This document shows, one piece after another, positions 24,952 through 34,807 of a stretch of 64,000 nt of DNA. A program made the translations under genes and the position numbers. The notes under the pieces were generated by a model that saw nothing but the letters and a program-made list of their open reading frames with translations, had not been told where the DNA came from and made no database searches. The DNA lies in assembly GCA_965227515.1 (NCBI GenBank), contig CBDDFZ010000001.1, forward strand, positions 352,001 through 416,000. The letters run 5' to 3'. The number at the start of each line of letters is the position of its first letter. Position 1 is the stretch's first letter. The DNA comes from Alphaproteobacteria bacterium (GTDB lineage: Bacteria > Pseudomonadota > Alphaproteobacteria > CALKHQ01).

Positions 24952-25030
24952 GGCACCAGCCCGCACCCCCTCCCGGCCGCCCAACGATAGTATCCTGCCT
25001 GGGTGGCCGGGAGGGGGTGAGGGCAGGCGC
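24952..25030. repeat. Family C long hairpin repeat
   Basis: ACCCCCTCCCGGCCGCCCA...TGGGTGGCCGGGAGGGGGT. Confidence 0.75.
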
Positions 25031-25120
25031 AGAACAAACAAGAGCACTCTGAGCGCGATCTTGTAGCCTGCGTTCGGCCCGCGCGTTGGCACGGGCCATG
25101 GGCGCTGTTATATCGGTGGC

Positions 25121-26026
25121 ATGATCACCGATGACCTGATTCAACCGTTCCAGATCGACGGAAACGCGGTGCGCGGGCGCCTGGTCCGCATGGGCCCGGC
25201 CGTCGACACCATCCTGGAGCGCCACGACTATCCGCCGCCGGTCGCAGCCCTTCTGGGCGAGGCGCTGGCGCTTTGCGCGGCACTGGCGGCAACCCTGAAA
25301 TTCGACGGCGTGTTCTCGCTGCAGGCCAAGGGCGACGGCCTGGTGCGCCTGCTGGTCGCCGACGTCACCACCGACGGCAATCTGCGCGGCTATGCCCGCC
25401 TCAGCGACGACGGCAGCGCGCCGCTGCCTGACGGTAGCGATGCCGAGACACCCTCGGTCGCCGACCTGCTCGGCAAGGGCTACCTGGCCTTCACCGTCGA
25501 CCAGGGGACGGACACCGAACTCTACCAGGGCATCGTGTCGCTGGAGGGCACCAGCCTGACCGACTGCGTGCACCACTATTTCCGCCAGTCCGAACAGTTG
25601 CGCACCGGCGTGCGCCTGGCCGCCCAGCGCACCGGCGACGGCTCCTGGCGCGCTGCGGCCCTTATGGTGCAGGCGCTGCCGGACGAGAACGGCGGCGATG
25701 CCGACGAGAACGCCGAGGACTGGCGGCGCGCGATGGCGATGGTCCGCTCGTGCACCGAGGACGAGATGCTGGACCGCGAGCTGGACCCGGACCGGCTGTT
25801 GTTCCGGCTGTTCCACGAGGACGGCGTCAGGGTCTACGAACGCCGCGCGCTCAACGCCACCTGCCGCTGCTCGCGCGAGCGCATCCAGGCGGTGCTGCGC
25901 CAGATCGGCCGCGAGGAACTGGCCGACCTGAAGATCGACGGCGTGGTCGAGGTGACCTGTGAATTCTGCAACACGACCTACGATTTCGATGACGAAGCCC
26001 TCGATGCCGTCTTCGCCACCCATTGA
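25121..26026 (+). CDS. hslO: Hsp33 redox-regulated chaperone
   Basis: VRGRLV, YQGIV and QSEQ motifs; zinc site CRCS...CEFC. Confidence 0.95.
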   Translation: MITDDLIQPFQIDGNAVRGRLVRMGPAVDTILERHDYPPPVAALLGEALALCAALAATLKFDGVFSLQAKGDGLVRLLVADVTTDGNLRGYARLSDDGSAPLPDGSDAETPSVADLLGKGYLAFTVDQGTDTELYQGIVSLEGTSLTDCVHHYFRQSEQLRTGVRLAAQRTGDGSWRAAALMVQALPDENGGDADENAEDWRRAMAMVRSCTEDEMLDRELDPDRLLFRLFHEDGVRVYERRALNATCRCSRERIQAVLRQIGREELADLKIDGVVEVTCEFCNTTYDFDDEALDAVFATH

Positions 26027-26069
26027 TCGCTCGTTGGAAAATGAGCAGGAACCGCTCATTTCCCGTGCG

Positions 26070-26148
26070 GCACCGGCCCACACCCCCTCCCGGCCGCCCA
26101 GTTCAGCATACTGTCGTTGGGGGGCCGGAAGGGGGTGTGGGCTGGAAC
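26070..26148. repeat. Family C long hairpin repeat
   Basis: CCCACACCCCCTCCCGGCC...GGCCGGAAGGGGGTGTGGG. Confidence 0.7.
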
Positions 26149-26165
26149 CGAATTCGCCAGAAGGC

Positions 26166-26780
26166 GTGAACGCCACCCGGCGCACCGCGCTGGGCTGGAT
26201 CGCCGGTGCTGCGGCGGCCGGTGCCGGGTTGGGCGTGGGCCTGACCGCCTGCCAGTCGGCGGCGCCGATCAGCGGCGTGCCGACCATGACCTTCGCCCAT
26301 CTGGCGCCGATCCGGCTCAACGTCGGCGAGCGCCAGATCGTCGAGATGCCGTCGGCCGGCGGCGTGGTCGGGCTTGGCGCCCCGGTCCCGGTGACGCCGC
26401 GCGAGGCCATCACCCGCTGGGCCGAGCAGCGATTCCAGCCGGTGGGCTATCTCGGCCGGGTCGAAATCGTCATGTTCACCGCCTCGATCGCGGACATCCC
26501 GCTCGCCCGCAGCGACGGACTGGATGCCGTGTTCCGGGTCGAGCAGTCGGAGCAGTATCAGGTCAACATGGACGTGCAGGTGTCGGTCAGCGGCCTGCCG
26601 AACACCTCGCCGGGGGCAGTGCGCGCCCAGGTCGAGCGGACCCGTACCGTCCCGGAGGACGTGACGCTGCAAGAGCGCGACGAGGTCGCCTTCGCCCTGG
26701 TCGAGGACGCGATGGCGGCCCTGGACGCCGAGCTCGCGGCGCAAATCCAGGCTAGCTTCGGGCCGTACTTGGCGGTTTAG
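26166..26780 (+). CDS. Hypothetical lipoprotein, probable Tat signal
   Basis: 'TRRTAL' twin-Arg, hydrophobic stretch and lipobox LTAC; GTG start inferred. Confidence 0.65.
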   Translation: MNATRRTALGWIAGAAAAGAGLGVGLTACQSAAPISGVPTMTFAHLAPIRLNVGERQIVEMPSAGGVVGLGAPVPVTPREAITRWAEQRFQPVGYLGRVEIVMFTASIADIPLARSDGLDAVFRVEQSEQYQVNMDVQVSVSGLPNTSPGAVRAQVERTRTVPEDVTLQERDEVAFALVEDAMAALDAELAAQIQASFGPYLAV

Positions 26781-26799
26781 CGGTTAATAACAACACTAT

Positions 26800-26977
26800 T
26801 GTCGTCCTCGCCCTTGTGGCGAGGACCCATGGAAATGCGGGGCTCAAGACGAGCCAGATGTGTTCGAACCACTATGTGCAAAGCGCGTCCGACGACCGCC
26901 ACTGACGCCGCGAATCTCATTTAACGCATTGTGATACTGGAGAAAAATGGATCCTCGCCACAAGGGCGAGGATGACA
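26800..26977. repeat. CGTC/TGTC-tagged REP inverted pair
   Basis: GTCCTCGCC-CTTGT-GGCGAGGAC ... ATCCTCGCC-ACAAG-GGCGAGGAT-GACA. Confidence 0.8.
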
Positions 26978-26994
26978 ATGAGTAATACCCGCCC

Positions 26995-28128
26995 CTACAA
27001 CCCCGCCTTGGTCTCCGCGATCAGGCCGTCGACCACCGCGCGCAGGGCCGCCTGCTTGTCGCCGCCACCCTTGACCGCCGCGTCGAAGGCGGCGCGCTGG
27101 CGATGGGCGCTGGTGCCGCTCTCCAGGATGGTGCGGGCGTGCGCCACCGCGTCCATGCAGTCCAGCGCCCGGGCATCGGGGCGGATCAGGTCCATGATCT
27201 CGCTGAACAGGTCGGCATAGGGCACGACCTTGCCCTTGCCGAAGTCGATCAGCCCGCCGTCCATGCCGTAGCGCTGGGCGCGCCAGCGGTTCTCGGCCAC
27301 CAGCATGTTGGCGTACGAGCGCCAGCGCTGGTTGTCGCAGCGCAGCCGCCAGAGCATGCGCAACAGGCAGACATAGATCGCGGCGATCGCCACCGTGTCG
27401 GCGACGTTGGTGCACATGTCGCAGACCCGCACCTCCAGGGTCGGGAACCGGCAGCTTGGGCGCACGTCCCACCAGATCTTGCTGGCATCCTCCACGATGC
27501 CGGCGCCGACCAGCATCGCGACGTGGCGCTCGTACTCGCCGAAGCTCTCGAACTTCTCCGGCAGGCCGGTGCGCGGCAGTCCGTCGAACACCGACAGCCG
27601 ATACGACATCAGGCCGGTGTCCTCGCCCTCCCAGTACGGCGACGAGGTGCTGAGCGCCAGCAGATGGGGCAGGAAGTAGGTGATCTGGTTCGACATCTCC
27701 GCGCGCAAGTCGTCGTCGCCGACGCAGACATGGACGTGCATGCCGCAGATCAGCATCCGCCGCGCCGGGCCGCCGATGGCCTCGGTCAGCTCCAGGTAGC
27801 GCTCCTTCGGCGTCGGCTGTTGCGCCATCCAGCGCGCGAACGGGTGGGTCGAGGCCGCGATCACCGCATAGCCGAACCGCTCGGCCTCCTCGATCACGGT
27901 GCTGCGCAGCCGCTTCAGGTGCTCGTCCGCCTGCCGGATCGAGGTGCAGACCGGCGTGCCAACCTCGATCTGCGAGCGCAGCAACTCCGGCGACACCTGG
28001 CCGGCCAGCCGCTCCTCGCACGCGCGCATCAGACCGGGGTCGGGGTCGGCCACCAGGTCGCGGGTCTCGGGATCGACCAGCAGGTACTCCTCCTCGACAC
28101 CGATGGTGAACGGAGGTTCCTCGATCAT
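26995..28128 (-). CDS. Carboxylate-amine ligase (YbdK/GCS2 family)
   Basis: FTIGVEEEY, CGMHVHV, LALSTSSP and WWDVRP...TLEVRVCD. Confidence 0.92.
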   Translation of the reverse strand: MIEEPPFTIGVEEEYLLVDPETRDLVADPDPGLMRACEERLAGQVSPELLRSQIEVGTPVCTSIRQADEHLKRLRSTVIEEAERFGYAVIAASTHPFARWMAQQPTPKERYLELTEAIGGPARRMLICGMHVHVCVGDDDLRAEMSNQITYFLPHLLALSTSSPYWEGEDTGLMSYRLSVFDGLPRTGLPEKFESFGEYERHVAMLVGAGIVEDASKIWWDVRPSCRFPTLEVRVCDMCTNVADTVAIAAIYVCLLRMLWRLRCDNQRWRSYANMLVAENRWRAQRYGMDGGLIDFGKGKVVPYADLFSEIMDLIRPDARALDCMDAVAHARTILESGTSAHRQRAAFDAAVKGGGDKQAALRAVVDGLIAETKAGL

Positions 28129-28988
28129 GCGGCGCCTCCGTCTGCCGTGGGCAACCGGCCGATCCCCAGGCTGCGCAGGATCGGTGCCATCGCATCGGCC
28201 AGCAAGTCACCCCACCGGGTGCAGCCGGCATCGTCCTGCAAGTGGTCCTGGCGGATCTCGATCAGCGCATGCGGCAGGCCCCGCGGCTCGGCATGGTGCT
28301 CGACCGTGTGGCCAAACAGGTCGCGGGCCGAATACGGCTCGTTGTCGCCGACGCAGATGTCCGGGACCTTGGCCAGCGCCGCCATCAGCGGCACCGGCAG
28401 GCGCGAATCCTCGTTCCACAGCACGCCGACGTCCCACTGGCGCTCGGACCCGTCGCGCAGGCACGGCGTGAACGAATGCACCGAAAAGAACCCGACCACG
28501 TCGTGCGCCGCCGTCATCCGGTCGAGCGCCCCGGCGACCGCGCCGTGATAGCTGCGATGGCAGGCAGCAAAGCGCGCCTCCCGCGCCGCCGCGTCCAGGT
28601 GGCGGTTGCCGGGCACGACCTGGCCGTCACTGATCGCGGGGATCGCGGTCGGGTCGTCCTCTGTGCGGTTGCAGTCCACCACCAGGCGCGAGAAGCCGCC
28701 CAGCACCGCCGGCGCATCCAGCCGGTCGGCCAACCGCCGCGTCACCGCGGCGGCCCCCGGGTCCCAGGCAATGTGCGCGGTCCGTGCCGCCGGCGTCAGC
28801 CCCAGATCGCCCAGTTGCTGCGGAATGCTGTTCGACGCGTGGTCGCACACGATCAGCAAGCCGACATTGCCGTCGGGATTGTAGAATTCGAACGGCGGCG
28901 GGTCGGCGGCGGTCAGCAGGCCGGGCCCCGCAGCGCTGTCGGCGGCGCCCCGCGCCGCCTCCCCCGCATGATCGAGAACGGCATCCAT
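28125..28988 (-). CDS. N-formylglutamate amidohydrolase family protein
   Basis: CDHASN, HIAWDPG, SRLVVDCNR, HSFTP, NEPY and EIRQD. Confidence 0.9.
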   Translation of the reverse strand: MDAVLDHAGEAARGAADSAAGPGLLTAADPPPFEFYNPDGNVGLLIVCDHASNSIPQQLGDLGLTPAARTAHIAWDPGAAAVTRRLADRLDAPAVLGGFSRLVVDCNRTEDDPTAIPAISDGQVVPGNRHLDAAAREARFAACHRSYHGAVAGALDRMTAAHDVVGFFSVHSFTPCLRDGSERQWDVGVLWNEDSRLPVPLMAALAKVPDICVGDNEPYSARDLFGHTVEHHAEPRGLPHALIEIRQDHLQDDAGCTRWGDLLADAMAPILRSLGIGRLPTADGGAA

Positions 28989-29088
28989 GCATGACTTTTA
29001 GGACCAAACCCCGGCACGCGGCAATGCGGTTCACCAGCGCAGCCTTTCGATGCTATCCAGGGTGCCGCCAACCAGGGGAAACGCCACC

Positions 29089-29877
29089 ATGCCGAAACTC
29101 GCCGCCAACCTGTCCTTGATGTTCACCGAAGTGCCGTTCCTGGAGCGCTTCGGGCGCGCCGCGGCCGCCGGTTTCAAGGGCGTGGAGTATCTGTTCCCCT
29201 ACGATTTCCCGGCCGAGGAGATTGCCGCACAACTGGCCGAGCACAAGCTGGAGCAGGCGCTGTTCAACATGCCGCCGGGCGACTGGGACGGCGGCGAGCG
29301 CGGGCTCGCCTGCCTGCCGGGCCGCGAGGGCGAGTTCCAGGACGGAGTGGCCAAGGCGATCGAGTACGCGCGGATCATCGGCTGCCCGCGCCTGCACGTC
29401 ATGGCCGGCGTGGCACCGGCCGGCGCCGACCGCACCTCGCTGACCGAGACCTATGTCGCCAACCTGAAGTTCGCCGCCCAGGCGCTGAGCGACGCCGGGA
29501 TCGTCGGCGAGATCGAGCCGATCAACAGCCGCGACATCCCCGGCTTCTTCATCAACACCAGCCGGCAGGGGATGGAGATACTGGCCGCCGTCGGCAGCCC
29601 GAACATGCGCCTGCAATACGACATCTATCACATGCAGATCATGGAGGGCGATCTGGCGCCGACCATCGAGCGCCTGCTGCCGCACATCGAGCACATGCAG
29701 CTCGCCGACACGCCGGGGCGCCACGAGCCGGGCACGGGCGAGATCAACTATCCCTTCATCCTCGACCACATCGACAAGCTGGGCTATGGCGGCTGGATCG
29801 GCTGCGAGTACCGCCCGGCCGGCGAGACCGAGGCGGGTCTCGGCTGGGCCAAGCCCTATCTGGAGGCGGGCCGCTGA
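29089..29877 (+). CDS. hyi: Hydroxypyruvate isomerase family (Hyi/OtnI)
   Basis: AANLSLMF, EPIN, DIYHMQ, GRHEPGTGE and GCEY. Confidence 0.88.
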   Translation: MPKLAANLSLMFTEVPFLERFGRAAAAGFKGVEYLFPYDFPAEEIAAQLAEHKLEQALFNMPPGDWDGGERGLACLPGREGEFQDGVAKAIEYARIIGCPRLHVMAGVAPAGADRTSLTETYVANLKFAAQALSDAGIVGEIEPINSRDIPGFFINTSRQGMEILAAVGSPNMRLQYDIYHMQIMEGDLAPTIERLLPHIEHMQLADTPGRHEPGTGEINYPFILDHIDKLGYGGWIGCEYRPAGETEAGLGWAKPYLEAGR

Positions 29878-29879
29878 GC

Positions 29880-31184
29880 ATGGCGCCCGTCGAAGGGCCC
29901 ACTGCCCTGCAGCCAGCCGCATTGCTGCGTGAAATGTTCGACGCGGCGGTGCGCGCGGCCGACCCGATGCACGTGCTGGCCGACCATCTGCCCGAACCGC
30001 CGAAGGGCCGCACCATCGTGGTCGGCGCCGGCAAGGCCTCCGCACAGATGGCCGCCGCGGTCGAGAAGCACTGGCCAGGCCCCGTAGAGGGCGTCGTTGT
30101 CACCCGCTATGGCCACGCGGTGCCCTGCCGGCACATCGAAATCCTGGAGGCCGCCCACCCGGTGCCCGACGAGGCCGGGGTCGCCGCCAGCCGGCGCATC
30201 CTGGAAGCGGCCGAGGGTGCCGGCCCCGACGACCTGGTGCTGTGCCTGATCTCCGGTGGCGGCTCGGCGCTGCTCACCCTGCCGGCGCCGGGGCTGACCC
30301 TGGCCGACAAGCAGGCGGTGAACGGCGCACTGCTGGCCAGCGGGGCCGCCATCGGCGAGATGAACACGCTGCGCAAGCACATCTCGGCCATCAAGGGCGG
30401 GCGGCTGGCCGCGGCGGCTGCCCCGGCGAAGGTGGTGTCGCTGCTGATCTCCGACGTGCCGGGCGATTCGCCGGCGGTCATCGCCTCCGGCCCCACGGTG
30501 CCCGACCCGTCGACCCGCGCCGACGCGCTGGCGATCCTGGACCGGCGCGGGGTCGAGGTGCCGGATGCGGTGCGCGCGCACCTGGAGTCCGCCGACTCCG
30601 AGTCGCCGAAACCGGGCGACCCGGCCTTCGACGGCAACGAGATCGCGATGATCGCGACCCCGCAGAAGAGCCTGGAAGCCGCCGCCGACGTCGCCCGCGC
30701 GCATGGCGTGACGCCGATGATCCTGGGCGACGCCATCGAGGGCGAGGCGCGCCACGTCGCCAGCGTCATCGCCGGCATCGCCGGCCAGGTGCGCCGCTAT
30801 GGCCAACCACTGCCCGCACCCTGCGTGCTGATATCCGGCGGCGAGACCACGGTGACCCTGGCCAAGGGCCAGCAGGGCGGATCGGGGGGGCGTAACAGCG
30901 AGTTCGCGCTGGGGCTGGCGGTCGCGCTGGATGGCGCCAAGGGTATTTTTGCGCTGGCAGCCGACACCGACGGCATCGATGGCTCCGGCCCGCATGCCGG
31001 GGCAATCGTCACCCCGGATACCCTGGCGCGCGCGGCGGACGCCGGGGTCGACCCCTATGCGGCACTCACCCGCCACAATTCGCTTGCGGTGTTCCAGGCG
31101 CTCGGCGAAACCGTGGAAACCGGGCCCACGCTCACGAACGTCAATGATTTCCGCGCCGTTCTGGTGCTATCAATGGCGTCCTGA
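29880..31184 (+). CDS. Glycerate kinase type-2 (MOFRL/TtuD-like)
   Basis: GAGKAS, HPVPD, LISGGGS, SGGETTV, GGRN, TDGIDG and TNVND. Confidence 0.92.
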   Translation: MAPVEGPTALQPAALLREMFDAAVRAADPMHVLADHLPEPPKGRTIVVGAGKASAQMAAAVEKHWPGPVEGVVVTRYGHAVPCRHIEILEAAHPVPDEAGVAASRRILEAAEGAGPDDLVLCLISGGGSALLTLPAPGLTLADKQAVNGALLASGAAIGEMNTLRKHISAIKGGRLAAAAAPAKVVSLLISDVPGDSPAVIASGPTVPDPSTRADALAILDRRGVEVPDAVRAHLESADSESPKPGDPAFDGNEIAMIATPQKSLEAAADVARAHGVTPMILGDAIEGEARHVASVIAGIAGQVRRYGQPLPAPCVLISGGETTVTLAKGQQGGSGGRNSEFALGLAVALDGAKGIFALAADTDGIDGSGPHAGAIVTPDTLARAADAGVDPYAALTRHNSLAVFQALGETVETGPTLTNVNDFRAVLVLSMAS

Positions 31185-31199
31185 CGTCAGCCACTGAGC

Positions 31200-31270
31200 G
31201 GCACGCTCACCGCCCGGCCGCCCTGGGCACACTGTCGTCGGGCGGCTGGGCGGGGGAGCAGGCCGGAACC
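31200..31270. repeat. Degenerate family C hairpin repeat
   Basis: GCTCACCGCCCGGCCGCCC...GGGCGGCTGGGCGGGGAGC. Confidence 0.55.
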
Positions 31271-31320
31271 GACTTCGACAACGGCCGCGCCCGTGGCCGT
31301 TGGGAAAGGGAGTAAGGCGC

Positions 31321-32739
31321 ATGCGCCGACAACGTTGCGCCAAGATCGTCGCCACGATGGGGCCGTCGACCAACGACGAGGCCACCATCGCCAGCCTGTT
31401 CAATGCCGGCGTCGACGTGTTCCGGCTGAATTTCAGCCACGGCAGCCACGCCGACCACAAGGCGCGGTTCGACATGATCCGCAATGTCGAGCGCAAGACC
31501 GGGCGGCCAATCGGCATCATGGCCGACATGCAGGGCCCGAAGCTCAGAATAGGCGTGTTCAAGGACGGGCCGGTGATGCTGGAGACCGGGCAGGAGTTCC
31601 GCCTGGACCTGGACGACACGCCGGGCGACGCCACCCGAGCGCACATGCCGCACCCTGAGATTTTCCAGGCGATCTCGCCCGACACCGACCTGCTGCTGGA
31701 CGACGGCAAGCTGCGCCTGCGGGTGGAAGCCTGCGGCACCGACTTCGCGCAGACACGCGTCGTCACTGGCGGCCCGCTGTCGGAGCGCAAGGGCGTGAAC
31801 GTGCCCAACGCGGTGCTGCCGCTGGCCGCGCTGACCGGCAAGGACCGCAAGGACCTGGCCTATGCGCTGGAACTGGGCGCCGACTACATCGCGCTGAGCT
31901 TCGTGCAGACGCCCGACGACGTGGCGGACGCCCGCAACCTGGTCGACGGGCGCGCCGGCATCGTGGTCAAGCTGGAGAAGCCCGCCGCCATCGACCGGCT
32001 GGACGGCATCATCGAGCTGGCCGACGCGGTGATGGTGGCACGCGGCGACCTGGGCGTGGAGATGCCGCCCGAGGACGTGCCGGGCCTGCAGAAGCGCATC
32101 GTGCGGCGCTGCCGCATCGCCGGCAAGCCGGTGATCGTCGCCACCCAGATGCTCGATTCGATGGTCGGGTCGCCGTCGCCGACTCGCGCCGAGGCGTCGG
32201 ATGTCGCCACCGCCGTGTTCGACGGCACCGACGCCGTCATGCTGTCGGCCGAGACCGCCGCCGGCAAGCACCCGCTGGAAGCGGTGCTGATGATGAACCG
32301 GATCATCCGCCGCACCGAGCGCGACGAGCTCTACCGGGTGATCATGCAGGCCGCCCATCCGGACCCGGAACGGACCACCGCCGACGCCATCACCGCCGCC
32401 GCCGCCCAGATCGTCAACACGATCAAGGCGTCGTGCATCGTGACCTACACGTCGTCGGGCTCCACCACCCTGCGCGCCGCGCGCGAGCGCCCGGCAGTGC
32501 CGATCCTGGGGCTGACCGCGAATCTGGGCACGGCGCGCCGGCTGGCACTCGCCTGGGGCGTGCACTGCGTGCACACCGAGGATGTCGAGTCGTTCTCGGA
32601 CATGGTGGAGAAGGCAACCCAGATCGCGCGCCGCGACGAGTTCGCGGACCGGGGCGACCGGATGGTGATCACTGCCGGCGTGCCGTTCGGCACCCCTGGC
32701 GCGACCAACGTGCTCAGGGTCGCCTGGATAGAGGACTGA
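31321..32739 (+). CDS. pyk: Pyruvate kinase
   Basis: KIVATMGP, RLNFSHG, MVARGDLGVE, ATQMLDSM and PTRAE. Confidence 0.96.
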   Translation: MRRQRCAKIVATMGPSTNDEATIASLFNAGVDVFRLNFSHGSHADHKARFDMIRNVERKTGRPIGIMADMQGPKLRIGVFKDGPVMLETGQEFRLDLDDTPGDATRAHMPHPEIFQAISPDTDLLLDDGKLRLRVEACGTDFAQTRVVTGGPLSERKGVNVPNAVLPLAALTGKDRKDLAYALELGADYIALSFVQTPDDVADARNLVDGRAGIVVKLEKPAAIDRLDGIIELADAVMVARGDLGVEMPPEDVPGLQKRIVRRCRIAGKPVIVATQMLDSMVGSPSPTRAEASDVATAVFDGTDAVMLSAETAAGKHPLEAVLMMNRIIRRTERDELYRVIMQAAHPDPERTTADAITAAAAQIVNTIKASCIVTYTSSGSTTLRAARERPAVPILGLTANLGTARRLALAWGVHCVHTEDVESFSDMVEKATQIARRDEFADRGDRMVITAGVPFGTPGATNVLRVAWIED

Positions 32740-32915
32740 AGAAATCCAGGTGTCGCCCTCGCCCTTGTGGCGAGGGCCCATGGATGTGCAGGGCTGGAGA
32801 CAAAACTGAAGCGCTCGATCAACCGGGCGCATAGCGCGTCAGTCGACCGCCACCAACCCCTCACTCCGCCTCCAACCTATTGGAATACTGGGCGTAAATG
32901 GATCTTCGGGACAAG

Positions 32916-34195
32916 TGTTCGGCCAGGGGAGATAGCTTACAGGCGTTCGGGGACATGGTTGACACTCTTATTGGTGTGGTTGGCTTCCGATTTTGGAGTC
33001 GGCCATGCCTTGGCAAGAGGTGTCGATCGTGGATCAACGGCGTGAGTTTGTGATGCTTGCCTCTCTGGATGGCGCGAACGTGAGCGCGTTGTGCGCGCGG
33101 TTCGGGATCAGCCGCCAGACCGGGCACAAATGGCTGCGTCGGGCGGGCTGTGCGGGGGAAGGGTTGGCGGATCGCTCGCGTCGGCCGCGCCACAGCCCGC
33201 GCCGCACGGAGGCGCGGATCGAGGCGGCCGTGCTGGCGGTGCGCGATGCGCATCCGGCCTGGGGCGCGCGCAAGATCGCCCGTTGCCTCGAACGCGACGG
33301 GATCGCCCCGCCTTCGGCATCGACCGTTCATGCGATCTTACAGCGCCACGAGCGGGTGCCGCCGCGACGCCAGACAAGCCACGCCTACACGCGCTTCGAG
33401 CGGCCGGCGCCGAACCAGTTGTGGCAGATGGACTTCAAGGGACGGGTGCAGGTCGACCGCGGCCTGTGGTGCCACCCGCTCACGGTGCTGGACGATCACT
33501 CGCGCTTCTCGTTGTGCCTGCACGCATGCGACAACGAGCGCACGGCCACGGTCAAGCAGCTGCTGGCGCGCACGTTCCGGCTCTACGGTCTGCCCGATGC
33601 GTTCTACCTCGACAACGGCTCGCCCTGGGGCGGCGGGGTGCCGGGGCAGTGGACCCCACTCAGGGTGTGGCTCTTGAAGCTCGGCGTCGAGGTCATCCAC
33701 GCCCGCCCATATCACCCGCAAGGACGCGGCAAGAACGAGCGCTTCCACCGCACCCTGGACGCCGAGGTGTTCGCGCTGCGACGCTTGCGCGATCTCGCCC
33801 AGGTGCAACAGGCCTTCGATGAATGGCGCCCGGTCTACAACTCCGAGCGGCCGCACCAGGCCTTGGACATGAACGTGCCGGCCAGTCGCTACCGGCCCTC
33901 GACACGACCCATGCCCGACACCCTGCCCGAGCCCGAATACGGACCCGACGACATCGTCCGCAAGGTCGGGGCAACCAAGTTCTACGTCAGCTTCAAGGGA
34001 AGGCTATGGCCCGTGCCACGCGCCTTCGCCGGCGAGCGTCTCGCCATCAGGCCGCGCGGCAACGACGGACGCTACAGCGTCTTCTTCGGCGCAACCCAGA
34101 TCGCTGACATCGACCTTACAATATGAGAAAAATCCAACCATCAATGTGTCAGCTATGTCTCCGAACAACTGTCAACCATGTCCCCGGGCCATACA
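32916..34195 (+). mobile_element. IS481-family insertion sequence, copy 1 (1280 bp, 5-bp TSD ACAAG)
   Basis: TGT...ACA ends with repeated GGGGACATGGTTGACA-like motifs; ACAAG at 32911-32915 and 34196-34200. Confidence 0.95.
32993..34126 (+). CDS. IS481-family DDE transposase
   Basis: MPWQE N-terminal HTH, WQMDFKG, DNGSPW and GKNERFHRT; ATG at 33005 is a likely alternative start. Confidence 0.95.
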   Translation: MESAMPWQEVSIVDQRREFVMLASLDGANVSALCARFGISRQTGHKWLRRAGCAGEGLADRSRRPRHSPRRTEARIEAAVLAVRDAHPAWGARKIARCLERDGIAPPSASTVHAILQRHERVPPRRQTSHAYTRFERPAPNQLWQMDFKGRVQVDRGLWCHPLTVLDDHSRFSLCLHACDNERTATVKQLLARTFRLYGLPDAFYLDNGSPWGGGVPGQWTPLRVWLLKLGVEVIHARPYHPQGRGKNERFHRTLDAEVFALRRLRDLAQVQQAFDEWRPVYNSERPHQALDMNVPASRYRPSTRPMPDTLPEPEYGPDDIVRKVGATKFYVSFKGRLWPVPRAFAGERLAIRPRGNDGRYSVFFGATQIADIDLTI

Positions 34196-34280
34196 ACAAG
34201 CCCGAGGATGACGGTAATGGGTTGGTGAGACGTGTGAGTCCATAGGCCACACGGGCGAGGACGACGAGGAAGCTTCCGCC

Positions 34281-34318
34281 GAAATAGAAACGCCCCCAAC
34301 GCAAGCGTGGGGGCGCCA
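34281..34318 (-). terminator. Probable intrinsic terminator
   Basis: CGCCCCCA/TGGGGGCG stem preceded by an A-rich run on + strand, downstream of the 34363-34647 gene. Confidence 0.55.
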
Positions 34319-34362
34319 ACCGAATCGGGAGGGTCGTACAGACCCTCCAGCCAGCGAGTTCG

Positions 34363-34647
34363 TCAGTCGGAGAAACCGACGGTCGAGCCGTCGATGTCGT
34401 CGTCAACCGGCTCCAGCATCTTGGCGGTCGACTGGTCCTTCGGCAGCTCGCCGCGCGACGTCACATAGGTGATATCGGTGGCGGTCATCGGGTCGTTGCC
34501 CATCGGCGCCATGCACTCAACGCACGGTCCGTCGCCGGGGGAGGCCAGGTCGGCCGGACGGGCGCCATCTTCGTCGGCAAACGCCGAGACCGAGGTGGCG
34601 ACGCCGACGACGACTGTCGCCAGGATGGAAGTTGCAAGTGTGCGCAT
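34363..34647 (-). CDS. Small secreted acidic hypothetical protein (CxxC)
   Basis: RBS AGGAG; signal peptide ending AFA; 'PCVECM'. Confidence 0.6.
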   Translation of the reverse strand: MRTLATSILATVVVGVATSVSAFADEDGARPADLASPGDGPCVECMAPMGNDPMTATDITYVTSRGELPKDQSTAKMLEPVDDDIDGSTVGFSD

Positions 34648-34807
34648 GTCCGCTCGCTCCTGATTGCTGAGGGCATTCAGCCTGAAGAATTGCTGGGACG
34701 CAATATGCGACGCGAAATCTGGCGAAAATTGGGGGGCGCTTTGTCGGTGCGGAGATTTTTTGTTTCCGCGCCGTTAACGCCGTTAGTTCGGCGGCAGTGG
34801 CGGCGGG

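Larger units (their letters stand above)
32752..34213. repeat. CGTC-tagged REP pair whose right hairpin is split by IS481 copy 1
   Basis: Left REP GCCCTCGCC-CTTGT-GGCGAGGGC; right REP ATCTTCGGG-ACAAG|IS|ACAAG-CCCGAGGATGACG. Confidence 0.85.
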
